In this document: in pieces, positions 54,941 through 64,000 of the stretch | Layout: every line of letters begins with the position of its first letter | Position numbering within the stretch: the first letter of the stretch is position 1 | Program-made: the position numbers and the translations under genes | The notes under the pieces: model-generated | The model's input: only the letters and a program-made list of their open reading frames with translations | What the model was told of the DNA's origin: nothing | The model's database searches: none | DNA from: Pecten maximus | Taxonomy: Eukaryota | Reading direction: 5' to 3' | NCBI RefSeq assembly: GCF_902652985.1 | Contig: NC_047023.1 | Coordinates: forward strand, 20,150,001 to 20,214,000 | Length of the DNA stretch: 64,000 nt

Positions 54941-57075
54941 CCCATCATTACACAGGAAGTATATACAGGTTCATTGTCTTATGGTCGACATAAAGCTCTT
55001 TTTGGGATAAATCCTATTTCTTTGTAACAATACATCATGTGGATGCTCGCTGACTGGTGGATCCGTTATCACCACTTTGGCTCTGGTTTGGATGAAGGTC
55101 ATGGGGAAGTTCATTGATCGACATCATGATCCCATTGGGAAATATTTCTTTTTCGAATTTAAGGTCAGACGTGTTTGATGCTTGTGCATACGCCTCGTGG
55201 TTCCAGTGTCACCACAACATCTAATCTATTTTGATTTTGTTGTATGGCGTTGTTGTCATGTCGACATTCTTTATTGTTTGTGATTTGGAATAACCCGACA
55301 TGACGGATATCATCAATGGAGCGCAGGACCCTTTCCCTCCCGTATTCTCCTTGCACTCCTTTCACTAATATAATTGAAATCAACGTGAAGCCCATTGTTG
55401 TTTGAATAATGATTTTGTTTAGCTTTCAGTATTTTCTTCCCCTTTTTGTTTGTTCATAATATGTTGTCAGTTTTATGTCTGTATGTATATGTGTTGTGTT
55501 ATATGTATGGAAGTGTTGTACTTTGCGATACATATCTCAGGATACCAATTTGTGATGTTTAAGTTGTAACACTTCACTTCCAGTTCCATTTCTGAAACAT
55601 GTATACTAGCATATATGTAAAGAATTTCGCGATAAGCCCTGAAGACTCAAATGCTGCTAGCATATTTTGCCGATTAATCAACATGGCTCATGGAGTTATT
55701 TCCCTTTACGTATATTTCGCTAGATTACAACCGCCGTTAAGTACTAAGTAGTGCTTTATTAATGATGTCAACTTTAACTATTCTTCAACACATTGGCTTG
55801 AAACATTTTGACAAACAGTTCTCTTTTGTGTTCAGTATGGGAAATAGTTAGATATTGTATTGATAGTGTGGTTAAGTTGATGTGACTTCAATTATCTGGC
55901 TATCCAAGCCCCTAAAATCCAGTTTTATTAGTTTGATGGTTTAACACTTATATGTTTAATCTTAAACAAGCATTGGTCTTTTCCAGAAATAACATTTATG
56001 TATTTCAAATGATACACCACTACATTTTTATTTGCCATTTGAACAAAAATATGTTTGATTAAAGTTTTAATGATGAGGAATACTATTTAATTGGTAAATC
56101 GTTCAAACTGGTACGAAGTTTTGTCCACCAGTTTGGTAGTTACTACACAATTATACACAAGTGGCTGTTTACCATATCGTTATATAGTGTTCTGATAAAA
56201 GACGACGCCTTCCATTTGGGGCCTTTACCAATTCAATAGTTTACATGTAAACCGAAACTCATATTTGTTTTGTTTTGTCTATTTTGATTAGCTTTATAAT
56301 TTCGTAATGGCAAAATGATGTTCTTCTCATTAATGATAATGATAATTACCTTTAATAATTGCAGGTTTATGTACAATGCAAAAAACACAAACACGTTATA
56401 GATATTTGTCTATATATATTCAAACGTCACATACGAACAAATGCATGAAAATAAATGTATTCAAATATATCAAAAATGCACGAAAATAAATGTAAATGTA
56501 TTCAAATATATCAAAATTAAAAATAATGAATACAACCGGAGAATAACCTCATTCTGTTTGTTTAGTAGGAAGAGAGACATGACAATAACAATGCTCTACA
56601 CATATAATGTAAGGCATAACAAAACTACGCATTATTGTCTCGATTCTATGCCTACTAATAATAGAAACATAACAAAACCTCAAATAATATAACGCCTAGT
56701 TCTTTCAACCATCTTCATATTCATCAAGTTACTGATTTTTCATCGTATTGTTATGAAATGTACACATTGGTTGTCGAACGTTCATGACTTTACACAATAA
56801 TATAAATATATGAACTAAAATGAGCGATTGTTAAAATATGTACTAAAGGTATTAAATGTATGTATTTGAAGTCCTACTATCTGAATGTTTTAGCTAATAT
56901 ATCACTGTGTATTCAAGTACTGAATAAAAACTGCAATGAAAATTAATAAAACGTAAAAAAAAAAAAAAAAAAAAAGACTTTACACATGTGTGTCTCGCTT
57001 TTGAAGACGTCAAATAATTGTAGATCAGTCGCTCACAATATAAAGGGTATGTGTGTTTGTTAAGAACTTGTGTTT

Positions 57076-59504
57076 CTAAGGCTCGAGAATCAGATTTGCA
57101 ACCGGCATTACGTCCTCAAAGTTCCTTGTTTTCTCATCAATGACAAGTGAAGCCGGGAAGCTGGGAACTTTCAACGCTGGTGAAGAAAAAGAAACAAAGG
57201 TTAAAATAATAATAACAATAAAACGGATGCGTAAAGTACACATATGATAATAGATCATAAGCAGTAGATATAAGTATCGCTTTGATTCTTAATTTTCTAA
57301 AATAATATTTTTCCTAAGATGGATTACACCAGGGTATTATGAATTATTTCTGGAATTCTTTACGTAAATCATTGAGTCATAAAATATTTCTAAAATTTAT
57401 TATTTCTATCTCAAATTATATTTTTGGTAAACGCAGTGTTTCGGCGAAATGAAATTTTGAATTATTAGTGACATATTTCTAACGAATTTAACGGATTATA
57501 TATTCACAAAATTGAAGCCTTAGAAAAACGAAATATTATTTCTGAATTATTTTGTGTTTTTGTCTATAAATTCTCATACAATGGAATAATTGCTCTCGTC
57601 AGACTTACTTTCACACAAACTGCTGACAAATGTATCCTTCATCAAGTTGAGGTCCTTGTGTGTGTCGACATTAAAGAAATGAGCGTCGACTGGACGGAGA
57701 ACGGATCTTTTCAACATTTCAAACTTAGGGTTCTCGCCAATGGTAACCACAACAAACTGGATGTCTTTCTTTGATTTAGCCCTCCGCATTTCAAAAGCTA
57801 ACTTATCAAGCTTTTCGACATTATTGTCAACCACTACAACTGCAAGCCTTCGTGCAGTTTCCCTCCCACCATTAGCTTTTTCAAAACTTTGATTTTGCAT
57901 CTGCCAAATCATTCGGTCAAGTCCTCTAAATTGTCTGTGTTTAACAACAGGGATCAGCTCGTCTAGTTGAGGATAACCGTCCAAATAAATATCCTTATTA
58001 TCGCAGTATCTAGTTATCAGTCCCGCTTTGAGAACTCCGGTATCCATGTTCCCAAAGTTTTCTATAGTATCAGCAATCAAATTCTTGACGTGGTTGGAGT
58101 TCCGTGCACCCATACTAGTAGCATCGAAGGTGAACATCAAGTCTGTTTCCATGCCGGCGCTGCAGTCAGGTTGTGAATTTAATTCCTCCCCTGTGACATA
58201 TAATAACACATCCTTAGATATTGACGTCATTCAACCTGATTTATTTTCAATGTGCTGTAATTTCTTTATGTAAAAATACTTTTATTTTTTTAAACAGGAC
58301 TTTGTTACACATGTATTGTCTTGTTGTGATTTTCGTGCTTAATCAAAATGAAAAAAATCATGAATACTAAGTTGATATCTTACCTTTACAAACTTTATAG
58401 GTCAATGTCTTCCTGATTTCATTTAACAGTTTGAAGTTTGACACGGTGAAGACGTACGTTTCTGATGGTTGACTTCCAATGGCAACTAACTCATCCATTT
58501 TGACCTTATCTCCAATTCCAATGGCAAATACTGTTATCCCTTCATATTTCAAAGCCGCAGCTTCGTATTCTGTCTGGAGTTTATTTGTGGACTCTCCGTC
58601 CGTCATTACCACTAATATCTTACTGACATTTGGACGGGCTCTACGGAATTCATTATTCCTTACAACTCGCAATGCTTTCCCTGTTTGAGTACTGCCTTTC
58701 CGTTGTTGTATGTTTTCAATCGCAAGTTTAAGTTCATTTACATTATCAAACTCGCCCAATTCTATTTGCTGATAATACTGATCAGCAAATATCCCGACAC
58801 CAAAGTGAGTTTGAGAGGCTGACACCGGGAAGAATTCCACAAAATGCTGTAGAAATGTGAGCTGTTGTTGAAAGTGCTTGGACCAGATACTCGTAGAACT
58901 GTCGAGCAGGAAGAAAATGTCAGCAGGATTGCCTCTACACACTACAACAAGAATGACATCCGTTAATGTTAAAATGTACATGAAATTATCATTCTTTTCA
59001 AATATACGTAACACAAAGCGGTCCGTCGAACAGTCATAATCACTGGAAATAAAATATATAACGAGTTTTAAAACAAATCTGTATTATCTGTTGGGAAGCA
59101 TTGTTACTTACATTTATTTAGGACATTACTTTATTGTCTGCTAAGAAGCATTGATACGTACATGTATATTCGTCTTGGTGGGATGTAGAAGGAGCTGGTA
59201 TTGCCTGAATAGACATGACCTGGCGAAATGAAAATAAAAAAATATCATAACAATGTCTCTTAATTATTGTTCTTATTCTTTCGACAGTTGAGTAAATATA
59301 TTTCGCAGTGTGGATTATTTCAAAATAACGTTTTGCAAAGGTTAACAATATTTAAGCTTCCCATAATGGCTATAAAATGCTTATGAATTACGTTTTTAGT
59401 TAATCAATTGTTCTGTTAGTAAAATGCTCAATTCAACTTTGATCGAACAATAACTAATTCAATCATTTACTCACCATTGCCATAATAATGGAACTAGCTA
59501 GCAT
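57076..59504 (-). CDS. Gene E: secreted double-vWA protein, ~442 aa, 5 exons, intact paralog of C/D
   Basis: Exons 59504-59475, 59219-59162, 58941-58384, 58190-57609, 57176-57076, 1329 nt in frame. Exon sizes 30/58/558 are identical to C/D. Signal peptide MLASSIIMAMVMSIQA-IP. vWA1 DSSTSIW..MTDG, vWA2 degenerate DLMFTFDATSMG. Confidence 0.92.
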
Positions 59505-59581
59505 GATGTATACCGTGTCAGCCGGAGTGTGTCTTATTCCAGAAGTTTCACAACTGTCATCACAAGTCGTCTCGATGTGTC

Positions 59582-59587
59582 TATATA
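59582..59587 (-). promoter_or_regulatory. Candidate TATA box of gene E
   Basis: TATATA ~80 bp upstream of ATG 59504, same spacing as in gene B. Confidence 0.55.
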
Positions 59588-61865
59588 CTATCGGTACCGG
59601 TGACCGGACCGGATACACCGGAACCACGCGGGGTGGGGTTGCACCACAAAAATTCGATATGGTATAACCACAACAATAATTACATAATTTTAGTGGTTTT
59701 AAGAATGATTAATCCGCATATAACGTAATTTAACCGTGAGAATAGAATTTCAATTTCAAGTCCGTTACATATAAAATGATTAACAGTAATCGTCATGTCT
59801 CAAAACTTGAATCAACATCTTTGTTGAACAATAGATGCATTATTTGTTCAAGGACACACCAAACTAGACATTCCCAATGGTGTTACACTTCATTAGTTAA
59901 CATCCGCATGACATCACTTAATACTTAATGTGTATAGTTAACAAAATCTGAAGTGACGTTGGTATGAAATCAGTTATAATGCCATATTATTATGGAATGT
60001 CTTTGTCTTTTAATTATACATGTATTAAACATAACAAGTACTTTAATAATAAAAAAATAAGGGTTGAATTGATTTATCTTTTTTTTAACAAGCAAGTAGG
60101 CCTAAGTATAAATAAGGATGATGAAGGTATTTTAATGGGAGAAGGATAATCAAGAGTTGCCAAAGAAATAGTTTTATTGAAAACGAAACTATCAGCATCA
60201 GAAACGTCGAATTTCAAACGGCTCTTCCTCATAATCTTATTCGTCCTACTTCTCTCGATTTGTATATTACATCATGTCGTTGAGATATAAGGGTATAAAG
60301 AATGAATCAAATGGGTCATGTAATTATCTTTGATAGGGTAAACAATCCAACCAACACCAAGAAATGGAAAATTCACAACAGGAAAATAGAAATCCCCACT
60401 TCTCAACCACAAAACAGTAAGCCTTTTTTACATAAAGATGTAGAGGTTGATGTAAAAGGTTAATGGTGTCGTTAATTTTTACTCGAGGGAGACGACATCT
60501 TAAAAGTGAAACTAGATGCATTGGCAATGGTTTTTTTTTACTTTTCCCAATTAGCGAATATTCTCCATACATTGAGTCTTAGCAAACCATATTATCTGGA
60601 ACACCAGGTCCCGGTTTCATCAACGTTCCCTTACTGATGATCTTATGATAAGCCTACGAACTTTCCTTAAAGTCTGCAATAATTTCACAAAACGTCAAGG
60701 TTAGGAATGAATGAGGCCCGATCATATTCTCCTTGCAGTTATGCAAGTGTCGCCATTTAAATCTTCATTTTATTAATATTTTGACCTGTTTTGTCGAATT
60801 CGATTTAGAATTACGATTTTGTTTATAATTATGTTGGTATTCTCTATTTGAGTTAATGATAACAGAACGAATGAGTATTTTATATCGTTCCTAAAAACAA
60901 ATTGATTTACCCTGTCGTTCGAATACACCACAAAAATCCCGAAATCAAGGAAACTTCTGGCTTCTGAACATCAACCGATCTTAGTTTAAAACGTAAATTG
61001 CAGGTCTAGCTTACGACTTAACTGTTACCTATTGTTAATTTTCCATTTATAGATAGTAACATCCATGCATTCCCTACATATATGTTTACACGACCCATTC
61101 GATACGATATCCAAGTGCTTTTCAATACATATCGTTGACAGAAATACTTACAGTGCAGGGTTTTGGTAAAGACCATGGGGTTAATTATGCCTTGATACAT
61201 TTATTCCATTTTAGTTGCGTACATATACAGATACAGCCTTCTTGATGAGGTAAAAGAAAGTGTGAAATTATTGTTGATATCTCTCATCGAAATATGATCA
61301 ATGAAGTTGAGTGCTAGCTGATGAACAATACATTTGAAATACACATAAACGGTATGGCTTTGCATTTACCACTTAGAGGCTAAGACTGAGGCACTTGAGG
61401 GTCTTGAAGAAGAGGGAGAGCAGTATTTTGGTGAAATACTGTTTAAGATTCCGGGTTTTACATGGTGGGTGTGGTCAATAAAGCACAAAATGCTTACCCT
61501 CCCGACTTATGGTTCCACGCAAATTTATATACATACTTTTCGTGTACATGAAGTTTCGTTTTTGCATTTCGGCCTTAGAAACTGAGTTAAAATCCCATTT
61601 GGCGTGCATTTTTTGCTCGTCTAGCCTGTGTAGGAGGTCGTAGTGCTCAGAGTGATAAAATGCTTTACAGTGAAAAAAAAAAAAAAAACCCATTAAGGAA
61701 CCGATTGATTGTTAAGATAAAAGATATAGACTTTATTCTTTAAAATCAGCATTTATCTCCACTTTAGAATATAATACACTACCAGAGGTTTAACATGACA
61801 TAAATGCGTGGTTTAATTCAAATTATATTGATTTTTGGTGGTTTAATTCAAATTATATTGATTTT

Positions 61866-62070
61866 GGTTTATTTAGTTTAACGTCCTGTAAACAGCCAGG
61901 GTCATATAAAGACGTGTCAGGTTTCGGAGGTGGAGGAATGCCGGAGTATCCTGAGAAAAACCATTTGCCTACGGTAAGTACAACTGCCCCATGTGGGTTT
62001 CGAACTCGCAACCTGGAGGTCGAGGGATATTGATAAAGTGTCAGGTCACCTTAACCATTCGGTTACCCCT
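61866..62070 (-). mobile_element. V-domain tRNA SINE, same family as 28837-29065
   Basis: Reverse complement gives ccgaatggttaagg, gagttcgaaacc, tttttctcaggatactccggcattcctcc and ccctggctgtttacaggacgttaaac. Confidence 0.85.
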
Positions 62071-62609
62071 TCCCACTTATATTGAGCTGAATGGTTAAGT
62101 GTAGCTAATGAATATTCTTGTTAAATGAGTTTGGAATCAATGCGATGGCAATGCACTTGTCATTTTCATTTAAGAATATTCTAGTATGGTTATTATGTAG
62201 ATGGTTTTGTTTGCAGACAAGATATCTAGACTTGTATGCAATACGTAATCCAAGGGGCAGATTTTAGGTATCTCAATAATGATCATCTTAAATTAACCTA
62301 GAAAGAGGATCATCTATAATGTTACCACTTAGATCACTTGTGATTTAATGAATGTCAAATTTCATACCTGAAATATATGTAGAATATACCATGCCTTTTC
62401 ATTTGAAGATTCTTAGTTACCATAACACCTTAAATACTAATATTAATTTATGCTATGAAATTGATTTAAATCGCATTTAAAAACCCTTTTCCTTAGAGTT
62501 CTTTATTATTTTTTGTGTATTTTGCTTTTCAGGAGATTATCAACGAAATGGTTAAATTCAGTAGAATCATAACATTTAAAAAAAAGAAAGGAATGACGTG
62601 TTTTATTAC

Positions 62610-63054
62610 ATTTTTACCAGTGAAATATCAAAAATTATTCATTCTATAAAAGTGATATTTTTCACTAGTGAAAAATATCATATTTATCACTAGTGAAAAA
62701 TATCACTTTTGCTGATTTGACCAATCAAATTAATGATTAGAAAATACCAAAATAATTGACCAATCAGAAAGCCTGACATATATCTCAGCACCTGGACAGG
62801 GGGAACTACATTTTTTGTTTACAAATGATCGGTGTAGGCCTAGTTAGCATACGGGGTAGGTTTTTCGTTGATAAAAAATGTAATAAACAGAATATCTAAC
62901 AGTGTCTTCAGTAATACCAAATATATTTCACTCGTGTGGCTAATATTTAGATATTTTTCACTCGTGCTGCGCACTCGTGAAAAATATCAAAATATTAGCC
63001 CCACTCGTGAAATATATTTGGTATTACTGAAAACACTGTTAGATATCCTCTATA
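62610..63054. mobile_element. Non-autonomous element with ~170-bp terminal palindrome (Crypton-like by inference)
   Basis: 62885-63054 atatctaacagtg..cagtaataccaaatatatttcac / gtgaaatatatttggtattactg..cactgttagatat; smaller palindrome gtgatatttttcactagtgaaaaatatca at ~62651-62680. Confidence 0.65.
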
Positions 63055-64000
63055 TCTTCATCAGTCAGTGGCAATGATATATTTGTTTTACATGTATCTA
63101 AAACTACTAAATTCTTTCGTCTACTACTTTGATTTGCAGAAAAATAAAAAAAAATGGTCTCAGTGGGAGAATATTTGACAAGCTAATTGTTGTTTGTCCA
63201 CATACATCATTGTCAATGACTTAACGAGTACAGCCACCAGTGTGACGTTCGATATCAGGTGACTCGCAGCTGTGTCTAAGTGTCAGTGAGAGTAGTCTAA
63301 GTGTCAGTGAATGTAACCAAAAGTTGATGTAACTGAAGGTGTCACGTGATCTACAACCGTAGTTTCGTAAATAGATGCTGCGTGTAATCACAAGAGGGTC
63401 GCCTGATCTACATCGATGTTACTGTTAGTTATTCTTTGAATGAACCACTGAGTGACGTCAACTGATCTACAACAGTGTTTTCGATTCTGATTGTACATAG
63501 CCTCTAGTGGGTGTGTCAAAAGGTGTGACGTGATCTACATAGGTGTCCATGCTATCCATAAGGCAGTGCTTGTTACCATTGTAGTAGGTGTGATTAATGA
63601 CAGAGCATGCGCATTGGTACAGTGTACTAATATGCGAGGAGTTAAGCATAATCAAATCACGAGTTTTAAAAATAAATTTTATTGAATAACAACTTTTCTG
63701 GTCGGAAATATCAGACAACCAATGTAAATATAAAACGTACAGACAGGCAAAAATGCCAAATAACATAACAATACATATAAAATGGATCCGTTGTTTCAGT
63801 AAAATTGGCACGTGTTAACAGGAAATTCTCTCTTAATTTACTGTGTCCTTCTATGGCAATATCACGTTTTCGCTTTTATCTCTTATTGTGTCTCTCATAC
63901 CTCTCTTCCCTTCTCTCTCTAGAAGTGTCTCTTGATCAGTATGCGGCTTTGCTATTGTGTGTCTCTATGTGCTCCATCTGTATTTTCCTTTCAATTTTGC

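Larger units (their letters stand above)
38575..56050 (+). repeat. ~8.7-kb tandem segmental duplication (units ~38575-47330 and ~47330-56050) containing genes C and D
   Basis: Colinear homology of promoter, exons, introns and 3' flank, e.g. cgtctaaata at ~38587/47341 and catttgaac at ~47284/56036. Confidence 0.9.

Noticed and set aside
8236-59504. Assigning COL6A/COL12A1/MATN gene symbols
   Set aside because: No collagen triple helix, FN3, EGF or coiled coil is present; the similarity is only at the vWA domain level

Overview
This is AT-rich eukaryotic (animal) genomic DNA with spliceosomal introns and two assembly gaps. The SINE, LINE and MITE repertoire suggests a bivalve mollusc, possibly a scallop (inference). 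The window is dominated by a cluster of five paralogous multi-exon genes for secreted von Willebrand factor A (vWA) domain proteins, reconstructed by hand from GT-AG sites and intron phases. Gene A (+, 8236-17954) and gene B (-, 20996-26685) each encode a signal peptide, a vWA, a Thr/Pro-rich mucin-like linker and two more vWA domains. Genes C (+, 39342-41523), D (+, 48099-50260, tandem duplicate of C) and E (-, 57076-59504) each encode a signal peptide and two vWA domains. Every protein ends in a MIDAS-intact vWA followed by a MIDAS-dead vWA that carries a conserved extra cysteine. C and D each have a different 1-nt frameshift at a homopolymer. The first coding exon of a WD40-type gene lies at the left edge (- strand). 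Intergenic and intronic DNA holds many minisatellites, V- and CORE-type SINEs, a 5'-truncated L1/Tx1-like LINE with TSD, a CR1-like remnant, MITEs with TSDs, and long palindromic elements.
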